From the NCBI GenBank assembly GCA_963810095.1, contig CAWEMM010000006.1, forward strand, positions 1,088,001-1,152,000: 64,000 nucleotides of DNA, written 5' to 3'. Within the stretch, counting starts at the first letter, position 1. The number at the start of each line of letters is the position of its first letter. Position numbers and translations under genes: made by a program. A model generated the notes under the pieces. It saw only the letters and a program-made list of their open reading frames with translations, ran no database searches and was not told the origin of the DNA. This DNA comes from an uncultured Chloroflexia bacterium (GTDB lineage: Bacteria; Chloroflexota; Anaerolineae; CG2-30-64-16). Positions 29,261 to 41,000 of the stretch are shown here, one piece after another.

Positions 29261-30804
29261 GCTACGCTCCCGCTGTCCGCTGCAGGCTCGGCATCCTGTC
29301 GCGGCACGGGCACAAGCCCGGCCTCCGGCTCCGGCGGTGGGGCAAACGTTGCGCCGAGGATCAGGAACAGCAGCATGCTGGCGTACTGCGCGCCCAGCGC
29401 GTCGAATGTGTTGGCCATCAGCAGGTAACCGAGAAACATAGCCAGGCTCGCCAGAGTCCAGTTCCGGCGCCGGCTGAACGGCGCACGGCGATCCAGCTCG
29501 GCCAGGGTGCGCACCAGTCGCAGCAAGATCGCCGCGACGAGCCCGAGCAGCGGCATGAGTGCGACCAGGCCGCCCGACGTGAGCACGTACAGGAACAGGT
29601 TGTGCGGCGCCAGGGTGGGCAACCCGGCATTTCCCAGCGGCCGCCACCCGGCAGCAATGCCCGCGTCGCTGAAGTTGTCGAACCCAACCCCGAGGACAGG
29701 CTCGCGCTGAGCGATTTCCAGCGCGACCGAGATTGCGCCCTTGCGATACTCGATCGGCCGCTCGGATTGCAGCCGTTCCTGAATCGCGGCCTGGTTGATC
29801 ATTCCCGAGGCGGTCGCCAACCCCGCAAGCAGGAGCACCAGCAGCACGAGTGCCAGGCCCCCCCGCCGGCCCCCACTCTCGGTACGTGCAAACAGCGCCA
29901 CGATGACCAGCCCCAACACGGCGGCCAGCCAGCCGGCCCGGACGTAGGTCAGCAGGAGCCCCGCGCCCGTAGCCGCGGCCGCGGCGTACCACAGCAGGCG
30001 TGGCCCCAGCTCGCGGCTGTGCAGCGCGCCGACCAGAATAAAAGGCAGCGGCAGCGCCAGCGTCAGGGCCATGGTGGCCGGCGCCCCAAACAGGCTCGTC
30101 ACCTTAACCGAGTGCAGCCCGTACTGAAAACGGTAGACCACGGGGGCAAGCACGGGCTGGTTGGTCAGTTGCTCGCGTGCCGCGATTACGCCCAAGGCAG
30201 CCGCAACGAGGGCCAGCATAATGCCGAGCCAGACCAGGTGCTGTGGCTTTCGGAGCAGGTTCGTCGCGAAGAAATAGCACAGCAGCGGCACAGCCACCAG
30301 ATCAAACACGTTCTGGATGCCGCCGGCGAGCCCGAAGTGCGACCCGGCAATCGACAACGACATGGCCACAAGAAACGCCAGGCCCCAGCCCGCCACTGCG
30401 TCGAAGCGCACCAGCCGCCGTTTGCCCACGGCCACCTGCGCCAGCAGCACCAGGAGCAGCACCATGGCCGCGATGCGGGTCAGGCTCAGGTCGGGCAGGC
30501 CGCGCCCCATCGACAAGTTGAACAGGCGGCCGAAGGGGGCCAGCCCGAACCACAGCAGCAAGCCGGCGTCGGGGGCGAGCACGATCACCGCACACGCCGC
30601 GAAGATGCCCGTAATCGCGACCGCCACCGCGGTGACCCCATCGAACAGCGCGGTGCCGAAGTAGAAGGCCAATCCCGCAATGAAGACGATTCCCAGCAGG
30701 TTGACCGCCAGCGAGATCAGCGCGTCGGAACGCCGGCTGGCGCCGGACGCGCCTTCGCCGCCGCGAGCGGGTGGGAATGTCGTCATGGGTTCGTCCCCCT
30801 GCAT
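29257..30804 (-). CDS. O-antigen ligase / Wzy_C family membrane protein
   Basis: About 12 TM segments; TYVRAGW, R..YR..A.....PVLGVGFDNF, PHNLFL......GLV. Confidence 0.87.
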   Translation of the reverse strand: MQGDEPMTTFPPARGGEGASGASRRSDALISLAVNLLGIVFIAGLAFYFGTALFDGVTAVAVAITGIFAACAVIVLAPDAGLLLWFGLAPFGRLFNLSMGRGLPDLSLTRIAAMVLLLVLLAQVAVGKRRLVRFDAVAGWGLAFLVAMSLSIAGSHFGLAGGIQNVFDLVAVPLLCYFFATNLLRKPQHLVWLGIMLALVAAALGVIAAREQLTNQPVLAPVVYRFQYGLHSVKVTSLFGAPATMALTLALPLPFILVGALHSRELGPRLLWYAAAAATGAGLLLTYVRAGWLAAVLGLVIVALFARTESGGRRGGLALVLLVLLLAGLATASGMINQAAIQERLQSERPIEYRKGAISVALEIAQREPVLGVGFDNFSDAGIAAGWRPLGNAGLPTLAPHNLFLYVLTSGGLVALMPLLGLVAAILLRLVRTLAELDRRAPFSRRRNWTLASLAMFLGYLLMANTFDALGAQYASMLLFLILGATFAPPPEPEAGLVPVPRQDAEPAADSGSVA

Positions 30805-30815
30805 CGCACGGTTCC

Positions 30816-32008
30816 TCAGGCCTTTTCCACGTGCGACTTGGCCGGCCGCGGTGAGTTCCGCAGCGTCCGCTCGACGAATTCCAACACGAAGATGAGCACG
30901 AAGCCCGCAACGATGCTCAGCGCGGCGCCCAGGAGTGCGGTCTGCACGGTCCGCGCCGGCAGCTTGGTCCGGGGAGTGGTGGGGGCGCTGACGACCTCCA
31001 GGTAGCCGATGCTGCGGCTCTGGCTTTCCTTGAGTTGGGCCTCGCGCACCTTGGCCGCCAGAAAGTCGCGGTTGTCCAGGCGCTCCTGCGCCGTGTCGAG
31101 CAGGGTCTGGTATTGGCCCCCCAGGGTGATCAGGCCGGCCAGGTCGGCTTGGGTCTGCGTCAGTTGGACCCCGGTCGCATCGGCCAGCCCCTTCTGGCCC
31201 GCGATTTTCACCTGCGCGTCCGTAATTTGGGCCCCCAGTTCCTGCACCCGCTGCCTCGCAGATGCGGCGTCGGGGCTGTCGGCCTTGGCGCCCGCCGCGG
31301 ACTGCTGGGCGGCCGCAAGCTGCCTGGACAACTCGGCGACGACGGCTTCGAGGCGCTTGACCTCGACCTCGGCCAAGCGCCGCGCGCCGTCAGGTCGCGA
31401 ATCGCCTGTTCCTGTGCCGCCAGCTCGCGGTCGAGCGATTCGACGTGGTTCCCCAGCTTGAACTGCAGAATCGCGCTCCGCGCGCCGGCCAGGTCCTTGT
31501 CGGCCTGCAGCAATTCGGCCTGCAGGAACTTGCCCGAAGCCTCTGAAGGCCGTGCGCGGCTCTCACGCAGGCTTTGCAGGGCCAGGTCGACCTGCTTTTG
31601 CAGCAGCTTCTCCGCGTCGTCTGGGTTGGCCGCCGTGGCCGACACGGTTACCAGGTCACCCGACACGTCGCGCGTGACTGAGACGCCGTTCAAAAACTCC
31701 GCCGTGCTCATCCCGACGTTCGTCTCCGACAGCGTGCGCTGCGCCAGGCCCGCGTTGCGCACCAGGTTCTCGAACTGGAACAGGATCAGGTCGATGGTCT
31801 CTGAAGGCGACACCGTGTTCAGGCGGGTGTACAGCGTCACCTCTTCGGGCTCGAGCGGCAGCACCTGGAGCTGCGTCGACGATTGGTACGCGGGCGGCGT
31901 GGTCCACGCCCGCCCCAGGATGACGGCCATCGTCGCGAAAAGCAGCAGCAAGATTACCCAGAAGCGCCGCTTCAAAACGGCCACGTAGGTCCAGAAATTC
32001 GTTTCCAT
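30816..32008 (-). CDS. Wzz/GumC-like chain-length determinant without kinase (frameshift ~31380)
   Basis: LKRRFWVI + TM, PPAYQSSTQL, coiled coil, VVSAPTTP + C-terminal TM. Confidence 0.8.
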
Positions 32009-32101
32009 CGTACAACCCCACACGCCACTACGTCTGTGGCGACAAGATCGAGTGCCTTCCGGTCACCGGGAACCAGGGGCTCCGGCATGAACACCCCAGT
32101 A

Positions 32102-33256
32102 TCATTTGCGGCCGCATGACGGCGCGGCCAGAACTCGCTCGTAAAGCTCCAGGTTGACGCGGGCGGCCGCACACCAATCGTAATCGGCTAACAGCCGCCG
32201 GCGCAGGCCCTCGGGTACGGGCCCGGCCAGCGAGGCCAGCGTCGTCTCGCGGATCGACCCGCGGCTGTAGGGATCGACAGTCCATGCGTCCGGCCCGAGC
32301 ATCTCGCGGATGGCAGAGTACTGTGTCGAAATGACGCGCGTCCCCGACGCGCCGGCTTCAAGGCTCGACAGGCCGGGCAGCTCGTTCCAACTCGGCAGAA
32401 TATGCGCGGCAGCGGCAGCGTAGACGAGGGGCAGCTCGGCCCTGGGCAACCAGCCCAGGAAATGCGTGCGGGCGCCGCGCTCGGCGGCCCGCCGAGCGCC
32501 GGCCTGGTGGCAGCGCTCGGCGTAGTCAGGTTCGAAATAGGGCGAGACCGACCCGACGAACACCAGGTCCACCGGATCATCCCATAAAGCCTCGATGACG
32601 GCAAGCTGGTTCTTTTTCGATTCGATCCGGGCGACCTCCACGACGTACGGGTCGGCCAGGTCGTGCTTGTGCCGGAAGGCGTCCAGGTCGGCGGCGGAAA
32701 AGGACCGGCCGTAGAAGCCCGCGTCGATGCCGAAGCGGCTGAGGGCCATCTGGTCGCGCACGGCTTGAGGCAGCCGGAAGTGCCCGGCGACCCAGGCGTT
32801 TTCCCACTGGCTCGTGGTCGCCACCACGTCGGCCGCCAGCAGCGCGCTGCGCATGGCCCGCCACACGGGCTGCATGGGTAGCCGGGAAGTCTGCCACGCC
32901 CGGAAGACCGGCCAGGCAGCCCGCTTGCCGAGTACCTGTGCCAACTTGCGCCACCGCGGCGCGCCGACGATCGCTCGCTCGAACCAATCGCGAAAGTCAC
33001 AGTAGTAGAGCGGCGAAAAGACGATGCGCGCCCGGCCTGACTGTGCCCATGCCACCATCCGCTCCGCATGATCGAGCGGCGCAATGGTGAAGATATGGAG
33101 CAGGTCGAACGCCGACGCGGGCGGCATCTCGCTCTGCCGGCCCACCACGACCTCGGCGCCCAGGCTGCGCATTGCAGCGCTGAGCTTCTCCATCACCACC
33201 GTGTCGCCGCCAAAGACGCGGTCCGCGTCGGGGCGGAGGATCATCGCGATCCGCAT
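32102..33256 (-). CDS. GT4 glycosyltransferase
   Basis: GGDTVV, ARIESKKNQL, PSWNELPGLSSLEA. Confidence 0.88.
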   Translation of the reverse strand: MRIAMILRPDADRVFGGDTVVMEKLSAAMRSLGAEVVVGRQSEMPPASAFDLLHIFTIAPLDHAERMVAWAQSGRARIVFSPLYYCDFRDWFERAIVGAPRWRKLAQVLGKRAAWPVFRAWQTSRLPMQPVWRAMRSALLAADVVATTSQWENAWVAGHFRLPQAVRDQMALSRFGIDAGFYGRSFSAADLDAFRHKHDLADPYVVEVARIESKKNQLAVIEALWDDPVDLVFVGSVSPYFEPDYAERCHQAGARRAAERGARTHFLGWLPRAELPLVYAAAAAHILPSWNELPGLSSLEAGASGTRVISTQYSAIREMLGPDAWTVDPYSRGSIRETTLASLAGPVPEGLRRRLLADYDWCAAARVNLELYERVLAAPSCGRK

Positions 33257-34443
33257 GTCGTCTCCAGCGCACCCTTCAGGTAGGTCGACAGCGTTTCCAC
33301 CCGGGCGTCCCAGGTGTGCGGCGCCACCGCAGCCCGCCGTCTGGCCCGCATTGCGTCGCTGTCAGTCGTCAGGGCCCCGCCGATCGCCTCCGCCCACTCT
33401 GCGGCAGACGTGGCAATGGAGACTACGCCCTCGAATTGGCGGGCGCCCGGCACATCTGCTGCGACGACCGGCAGGCCGGCCGCCAGGTATTCGTACACCT
33501 TGAGCGGGCTGGCGTGAATGGTCTCCTGCGTGACGCGGTAGGGCACCAGCCCCATGTCGAACGAGCGTACAAAGTCTGCGACCTGTTCGCCGGGCACGGG
33601 CGGCAGCAGGTGGACGTTGGGCAGGCCGGTGAGCCAATCCAACGCGTCCTCGCACCCGCTGCGGTAGACCGTCCCCATGAGCACCAGGGTCCACTCCGGG
33701 TGGGCTGCGAACAGCCGGTGCAGCATCCGCAGGTCCAGCCGGACGCTGATCAGCCCTACGTAGCCAAGGATCGGGCGCGGCAGTCCGGCCAATGCCGGCG
33801 GCGTTACCACGGCCCGGTCTTCGGCATATGCCGTCGCGTCAAAGCCGTTGGGCAACAGCCGGAACTTCGCGTTGTGTGCGCCGCCCTTCGAAGCAATCAG
33901 CTCGGGCGACACCGCGACGACCAGGTCGGCCCAGTCGATCAACCGGCGCTCGCGCTCGGCGTACCCGTTCCGGTGTGACTCGGGCAAGTCGTGGTAGGCC
34001 AGGTAATCGTCGACGATGTGATAGACGCGCAGGCGGGCCGGCAGGTCGAGCCGGGCGTCGTACTGGGTCGGCGTCGAAATCCAGACGACCGGTGGGCAAG
34101 TCCCGTCGATGCCGAGGGCCGCCAGATCGTGCTGCAACGTCGTCCGGCGCACCACGTGGAGCGCCCCCCGCACGGGGGCCGGGCCGCCCAGCGGCGCGAA
34201 CTGGGGCGGGTGGTACACCCACAGGTTCGAGCGCTCCGCTTCCATCCGGGTCGCCGCCAACAGCCGGCCGAGCTTGCGATCTCGGCGCAACACCCGCGCC
34301 CACACCTCGTCGACGTACGGCCGCGGTTCGACATAGACGACCTTGTTCGCACGCGCGAGGCGCGAGAGCAGTTGGTGGCGGTTGCGCCACATGCTCTGCC
34401 ACTGCTCCGGTCCGTAGTAGACGAAGCTCTCGCGCTCGATCAT
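33241..34443 (-). CDS. GT4 glycosyltransferase (TuaH/GumK-like)
   Basis: WRNRHQLL.RLA, YHIVDDY, GYVG, PLKVYEYLAAG. Confidence 0.88.
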   Translation of the reverse strand: MIERESFVYYGPEQWQSMWRNRHQLLSRLARANKVVYVEPRPYVDEVWARVLRRDRKLGRLLAATRMEAERSNLWVYHPPQFAPLGGPAPVRGALHVVRRTTLQHDLAALGIDGTCPPVVWISTPTQYDARLDLPARLRVYHIVDDYLAYHDLPESHRNGYAERERRLIDWADLVVAVSPELIASKGGAHNAKFRLLPNGFDATAYAEDRAVVTPPALAGLPRPILGYVGLISVRLDLRMLHRLFAAHPEWTLVLMGTVYRSGCEDALDWLTGLPNVHLLPPVPGEQVADFVRSFDMGLVPYRVTQETIHASPLKVYEYLAAGLPVVAADVPGARQFEGVVSIATSAAEWAEAIGGALTTDSDAMRARRRAAVAPHTWDARVETLSTYLKGALETTCGSR

Positions 34444-35720
34444 TTGCTCGTCATCCCGGTTGGCCGCACGGCTTCCAGTCTCAAACCGCCGGCCTCCTTG
34501 CGTCGCAGCGCGTCTGCCAGGATTGTCTCGATCTGTCCGACCCGGTCCTCCCAGGTCTGCCCGGCCGCGGCCGCCTTCCGTGCCGCAACCCGTCGGGCAG
34601 AGGTGTCGACCAACGCAGCGTCTATCTGTGCGGCGAATCCGCCGGCAGATTCGCCGACGTACACCAGCCCCTCGGCAAACGCCGCGTGCGCAGCCGGTAC
34701 GTCGGTCGCGACCACCGCTTTCCCGCACGCCAGGTACTCATACAGCTTCAGCGAGTCGATCGCAGCGGTCCACGGGCTCTGCTCGTAAGGCAGCAGGCAG
34801 ACGTCCATGCTCGCGATGGCCCCAGGCACTTGTTCCACCGGCACGCGGCCAGTCCAATGGACGTTGGACAGCGCTTTCAAGCCATCCGCTTTGTATGGGC
34901 TGCCGGTCAGGTCCAGCCTGCCCACCAGCACAAACTGCCATTCGGGGTGCTGCCCCGCGACGGCTGCCAGCAGGTCGAAATCCAGCTTCTCGTTCAGCGC
35001 GCCCACGTAGCCGATGCGCGGGTGCGGAATGTCTTGCAGCTGCGCCAAGGGGCCGTCGGGCCGCAGCGCCTCCCGCTCATGGTCCCGGCGGAGCAACGCA
35101 GCCTGGAAACCCGCGTAATCGACCGCGTTGGGCACCAGGTGCGTGCAGTCGTTGAAGCGGCCCTTGCTCGTCAGCAGCGCCGGCGAGGTGACCAACACCA
35201 CGTCGGCCCGGCGCAGCAGCGCCTCTTCGGCCGCCCGGAAGCCAGCCTTATCCGTCACCGTCGGGAAGCCGCTGTACTCGTCCGTGACGTGGTAGACGAC
35301 AAGCTTCTCGCCATACAACCCGATCTGGTCCGCATGGAACGGGCGCAGAAGCCACAGAATGGGCGCGTGCTGGGCGGGCGCCCCGAGCGAACGAAGCGCC
35401 GACCGCAGCGCCCGGCGGCGGATGGCCGCGGTTTGCGGACCGCCGCTCCGCCGGCCCGCGAACGGCGCATAGACCGGATCCGTGTAGATGTAAAGATTCT
35501 CGCGCTCACGCGCCAGGCGGGGCGCCACTACCTCCCGCCAGCCAACCTTGCCGTCGCGCACCTTGCGCACTGCCTCCCCCAGATAGACGCGCGGCTCGAC
35601 GTATACGACCGTGTTGCGCCGGGCCAGCCGGGTCATAATCTGGTGCCGGTTGCGCCACAGCCCGGCCCACGGGTCGGGCGCAAAGCAGAGGATGGTCTCA
35701 CCTATCAGTTCGGCGCTCAT
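34440..35720 (-). CDS. GT4 glycosyltransferase (TuaH-like)
   Basis: WRNRHQIM.RLA, YHVTDEY, GYVG, LKLYEYLACG. Confidence 0.88.
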   Translation of the reverse strand: MSAELIGETILCFAPDPWAGLWRNRHQIMTRLARRNTVVYVEPRVYLGEAVRKVRDGKVGWREVVAPRLARERENLYIYTDPVYAPFAGRRSGGPQTAAIRRRALRSALRSLGAPAQHAPILWLLRPFHADQIGLYGEKLVVYHVTDEYSGFPTVTDKAGFRAAEEALLRRADVVLVTSPALLTSKGRFNDCTHLVPNAVDYAGFQAALLRRDHEREALRPDGPLAQLQDIPHPRIGYVGALNEKLDFDLLAAVAGQHPEWQFVLVGRLDLTGSPYKADGLKALSNVHWTGRVPVEQVPGAIASMDVCLLPYEQSPWTAAIDSLKLYEYLACGKAVVATDVPAAHAAFAEGLVYVGESAGGFAAQIDAALVDTSARRVAARKAAAAGQTWEDRVGQIETILADALRRKEAGGLRLEAVRPTGMTSK

Positions 35721-35725
35721 ACTCG

Positions 35726-37311
35726 CTACCGGCCCGTCGCCGCAACGCCGGCGGCATGACGCGCGGCCATCAGCCGGCGGCCCTGGCGGAGCAGGGTGCG
35801 CACCGTCGACCGGAATTGCACGTCGATCAGCAGCGACAGCCCGAAATAGCCGAGCACGAGGAGCGTTCCGGCCAGGAGCAGGTTCCAGCTTGCCTTGGCA
35901 AAGGGCAGGTGTGGATAAAGCCCCAGGGCGGCAAAGCCGGCCACGAGCGCCGCAGCCCAGGCAGGCGCCAGCAGGCGGGCATAAGCGTGCCACGGCGCGT
36001 CGATCAGCTTGTTCACCAGCCAGGCGGAGATCACGAAGTCGACCACGGCCACGATGGTCGACAGCCAGCTCACCCCGTTGATGTTCCACTTGAGCGCCAC
36101 CGGGACCAACAGGACGACCATGGTGATCAGCCGCCAGGTGGCGATATAGGCGAGCCACTGCGGCCGGCCCAGTCGCGCGGAAGATGCTGCCCATGTTGGC
36201 CGCGATCGAACGAATGAAGCCGTACAGGGCCAGCACCTGCAAGGGCACGATCGCCGGCGCCCAAACATCCCCATACAGCCCATAGATGAAGGCGGGCGCA
36301 AACAGGATCATGGCCACCGCAACCGGCGTCGCGATCCAGGTGACATAGCGGATGGTCGTGAAGTAGTAGCGGATGCGCAGAGGCTCGGGCAGCATCCGGG
36401 TCCGAGTCCCCCATCTTGGACAGCGCCGGAAACATGACCTGGCTCACGACGCTGGTCAGTTGCGTGGCTGGCTGGTTAGACGTGTTGTACGCAAACTGGT
36501 AGAAGCCCAGCGCCGAGTCGCCCAGGTAACGACCGACCACGGCGTTGTCGACATTGGTAATCAGGAAGATCAGGCCCTGCGACGACATGATGTGCTTGCC
36601 GTAGCCAAACAGCTCGCGGGCAGCGGGCCGGCTGAACTGCCACCGCGGGCGGTAGGGGCAGACAAAGAACACGAGCACGGTGGCCAGCGTCGTCTTGATC
36701 AACTCACGCCAGACCAGGCTCCAGACGCCGAACCCGCGGAAGGCCATGACGATCGCGATGATGCTGGCGATGATGCTGGCCGTAAGGTCGGGAAACAGCC
36801 GGCGGCGGAAATTCAGATCGCGGCTGAGCAGGACGTAGGGCACACGGCCGAAGCTGGAGATGACCACCGTCAGCGACAACACCCGCAGGATGGGAACCAC
36901 CGCTGGCTCGCGGAAGAACGCCGCGACAAGCGGCGCGGCCAGCATGGAGATGGCGCAGATCACCAGGCTTGTCAGGATGACCGTGTAAAACGCAGTGTGG
37001 CTCGCCGCGTCCACCTCCTGCTTCGCACCTCTCTTGTAGACCAGCGCGGCCTCAAACCCGATATCCTGGAACAGGGCGAGCGCGGCAAGCGCGAGGCCGG
37101 CCATGCCGACGAGACCGAACTGCTGCGGCGTTACCAGCTTGGCGAGGATCAGGGTCGTCACGTAGCCCAGCCCGCGGCCGAAGATCTGGCCGAGAGCGAC
37201 CCAGAACATCCCGCTTGCCACCTGGCGCTTGAGGCCCTGGTCGGCCGCACCGCCGGGCTTAGGCGGCTGGGGGTCCGGCGCGGCTTGGGGCCGGTTCTCG
37301 GTCGGCGTCAT
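35726..37311 (-). CDS. Wzx flippase, PST/WzxC type (frameshifts ~36385, ~36172)
   Basis: LAKLVTP.QFGLVG, GFGVWSLV, LFGYGK, NVDNAVVG.YLG..ALGFY..AY. Confidence 0.88.
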
Positions 37312-38054
37312 CGGCCGGCCTCCCGCCCCACCGTCGCCGCGGCGGCCTTGCGACCCACGACGATGAAATCTCGGGCAAACAGACCGGGCCGGCGCCGGGC
37401 CAACCGGGTGTAAACCCTGGCGGGCAAGCCCCGCCGCAGCCAAGCAGGATAAAGCCCCTTAACCCACAGGCTGGCGCTCCCATCCACCTTCTCGATCGCA
37501 ATGCCGCGCTTGTCCAGCCCGTCGCGGATGTCGGAAAGCGTGAAGAACCGGATGTGGAGCCAGTCGGTCGGCGTGTTCACGACGACCGGGAAGCGCCCGC
37601 GCAGCAGCCACCAACGCACACGCCAGTGCGCGGTGTTGGGCAACAGCAGCACCAGGCGTCCACCGGGGCGCAGCACCCGCGCCATCTCGTCGAGTGCATG
37701 GTCCGGGTCGAAACGGTGCTCGAGCTGCGAGTCGCAGACGACCGTGTCGAAGCTGTTGTCGCCGAAGGGCAGCGGGGCGGCATCGATCTCGCACTGCCGG
37801 GCATCGACGCCGCGGCGGCGCGCCATCTCGACGGCCACGTGCGAGAGGTCGGTCATCACGACGTGCGCGCCCCGGTCACAGAGCATCTTCGCCAGCCAGC
37901 CCGGGCCGCCGTCTACCTGGAGGACGTCGAGCGCGCCCGTTTGGGCGGCGCCCAACACGTGCTCGGCCACGAGGCGCAGCCGGCCTTGGTCGACCTTGTT
38001 ATCCCCGTCGCCCTTCGCCTGCCAGTAAGCGTCGTAGTACCCGACAAAATCCAT
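37308..38054 (-). CDS. Class I SAM methyltransferase
   Basis: VLQVDGGPG, LPFGDNSFD, LEH....ALDEMARVLRPGG; TGATG overlap with the upstream gene. Confidence 0.85.
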   Translation of the reverse strand: MDFVGYYDAYWQAKGDGDNKVDQGRLRLVAEHVLGAAQTGALDVLQVDGGPGWLAKMLCDRGAHVVMTDLSHVAVEMARRRGVDARQCEIDAAPLPFGDNSFDTVVCDSQLEHRFDPDHALDEMARVLRPGGRLVLLLPNTAHWRVRWWLLRGRFPVVVNTPTDWLHIRFFTLSDIRDGLDKRGIAIEKVDGSASLWVKGLYPAWLRRGLPARVYTRLARRRPGLFARDFIVVGRKAAAATVGREAGR

Positions 38055-41000
38055 CAGTGACTTCCGTTCAAGAGCATTGGGAGATAGGTGTGCTTGTCGC
38101 ACGCAGTGCACGGTATGCGCGTTGCGGTGGGCGTGAGCGTCGGCGTAGGCGACGGCGTAACGCCAAACGCCAGCCCGAAATCGACTTCCGTCGCGATCCC
38201 GGCGCTGACCGCGGCCTCTGCCGGGTTGCCGCTTGCGGTGGTGACCTGGTAATTCGCGGCGCGCGTTCAGGTCCACCTCCCATGCGCCCGGGGTCACGCG
38301 ATCGAACACATACCACCCGTTGCTGTCCGACGTCACATTGTTCGCAACCGCGCCGTTGCGCTTCAGCTGGACCAGTCGCCCCGCCACCCCTGCCTCGCCG
38401 GCCTCATGCACGCCATTGCGATTGCTGTCCACGAAGACGAGGCCGGTAATGCTGCCGTCGGGGGGCGTGGCGGTCGCGGTCGGGGTGTTGGTGGCCGTGG
38501 GCGTCAGGGTCGGCGTGGCCGTCGCGGTCGGCGTATTGGACGGAGTTGGCGTCAGCGGATCCTGTGTGTAGACGATGAAAAGCTGCGGCCGCCAGCCGCT
38601 CGTCAGGTAATCCGACGATGCGATGGAGAAGCCGTCCTTCACCAAGTCCCAGCCGCCGCCGGCCGGCGCGCCTTCCTGCGGGTCGACCCGCAGCGCCATG
38701 CCCCAATTGGACGCGGGATTCGCCGCCCAGCCGGCGACGAGGCCGGTCACGTCGAGCCCGTACCAGTCTGCTATGGTCGCGTCCGTGCCGCCCGAGCCCG
38801 TGAAAGCCGGGTAGACGGTGCGGCTGTCTGCGGGCTGGCCGGCCCGGTCGGCCGGAACCCCGTTTGCGCCCGCGACGTTCCACGGCGTTGCTCCGTCGGC
38901 CTGGGTCCAGGTCGCATCGGTCGCGCTCCACGGGCGATTAATCCGGTCGACCGCGAGGGGAACCGGCCCGTTCGGAACGTAGGTGACTCGCACGCTGAGC
39001 ACGGCGAAGCGGACGGTCGCGCCGGCGGGCAACCGCCCGGCGAGGTCGAAACGCAGCAGGCCGGTCTGGACCGGATGGTCGCCGTCCGCCCGCAAGGACA
39101 AGGTATAGCTCCCACCGTACTTCTTGGCGGGATCCCACCCGTTGATGTACGTGTCGGCTCCGGCCGAGTACCCGTCGACGCCCTGCCGCAGGCTCAGCGT
39201 TTTCGTGGTGGGCGGCTGCCCGCCTGCGCTCAGCCGAAGGATGAAGGCGCCCTGGGGCACGGTGGCCTGGACCTTGCCGTCGCTCGCGGTGACGAACGTC
39301 TGCGAGAAGGAGCCGTCGTCCTTGCCGACCCGTTCGAGGGTGTACGTCCCGGTCGTGGGCAACCCGATGCGCTGGAGATCGAAGGTCAGGGTCACGGGCA
39401 GGTTGCGCGGCGCCGCGACGCCCTTTGCGTTCGGGTCCCCGCTCATCGGCTTCAGGTTTTCCACGTTCAGGTCGATGGTGCCGAGGCGCCGGCTGTAGGC
39501 TGCGTGCGTCACACGCAGCCAGTGGGCCTCATTCAGGCTGGCCTCCGAAAACCCCGCGGCAATCCAGAAGTGCCCGGCGCCCGGGGGCGTGGTCCAGTCC
39601 ATGTTGAAATTGAGGTCCTGGGCGCGTCGCCCACGGGGCGGGAGAACTGCGCCAGCCAGTCCAGCTGAGTGTTGGCGAAGTTGGCCCCGTTGATCCGGTC
39701 GCCGTGAACGCCCGGGAAGTAGGTCCGCTCGACGTGGTCGGGGCCATATTCGAGCACCCGCCCGTACATGTCCTCCGCGTGACGCGGCAGAACTTTCTCG
39801 TCGCCCTCGGGATGCAAGATCCACAGCGGAAGATGCTGGTAGTTAGCGGCCCACTCGACGGGCGAGCGGCGCTGGTATTCGAAGGGGTAGTCGGGCGCCT
39901 GCCGGGCCTGGCCGGGAATGTGCGTGGGCTCGACATACGATCCCGTCTCGGCGCGGATCGCGTAGTTGATGGACGGGTTGGGCGTGGCCCCTTTCGGCTC
40001 GTCCGTCTGCGTCTCGTCTTCCCATGCCGCCAGGTCGGTCGGCGCGCTGTCAGACACGACCGCTGCGAACTTATCCGCGAAGCGAGCGCCGGCCAGCAGC
40101 GCCGTCATGCCGCCCATCGAGTGCCCGACGAGGTAGATGCGCGTGGGGTCGACGTTGTAGTGGGCTTGCATGTAGTTGACGATGTCGAGGACGTCCCACT
40201 GTGACGCCCGTGACCCCATGGAGCGGCGGCCGGTGCCCGGCATGGGAATGCCCGTGCCCGGGTCCATGACGAGAAAATCGTTCCATACTTCGCCGTGGAA
40301 GTCTGCCGATGCGAGCAGCCAGCCCCGGGCACGCGGCCGCGTCGTGGTAATCCTCCATCGACTCCCAGGCGTTCGAGCCAAAGCCGTGCGCCGAGATCAG
40401 CAAGGGGGTGGGTTTCGACCCATCGTACCCCTGCGGCTCCATAATGTCGGTCCAGGTGCCCTCGTTGGCGTACGGGGCAAGTTTGCCGGTGGTGTCGTAC
40501 CACTGCCAGTTGTTGAAGTACGTGCTGGCGATGGTGGTGAGGCGGTAATGGCGGCCGTCGACGCCCGTGCCCGTCACCTCGATCTGCGCACGGCTGATGC
40601 CCCAGCTGTTGTCAGACAGCGCGGGATCAACCTCGATCCGCAGCGTGTTCTTGCCTTGCTTGAGCACGGAGAGGTTCGTGATGGGCCAGCTCTCGGGCTG
40701 CTGCCCGCCGTCGAAGCCCCGGCACTGCGGTTCGCCGCCGTGCTTGCCGGTGGCTGCGCCGATCTGCACGCCGTTCACCTTGATCGGCCGGCCGTATGAG
40801 CCGCCCGCATTGAACTCGTACCCGACCAGGCGGGCCGCCGTGATCGTACCGGTCCAGTGAAGATAGACGTCCTGCTCGTAGACGTTGGGGTTGGGGCTGC
40901 TGAGATAGCCGCTGCCGACCTGGAGACACGCGGCCGCCGAGGACATGGCCGACCCCGAAACGGCCGGCATGGCCAGCACGGATCGCGCCTGCATGGCAGG

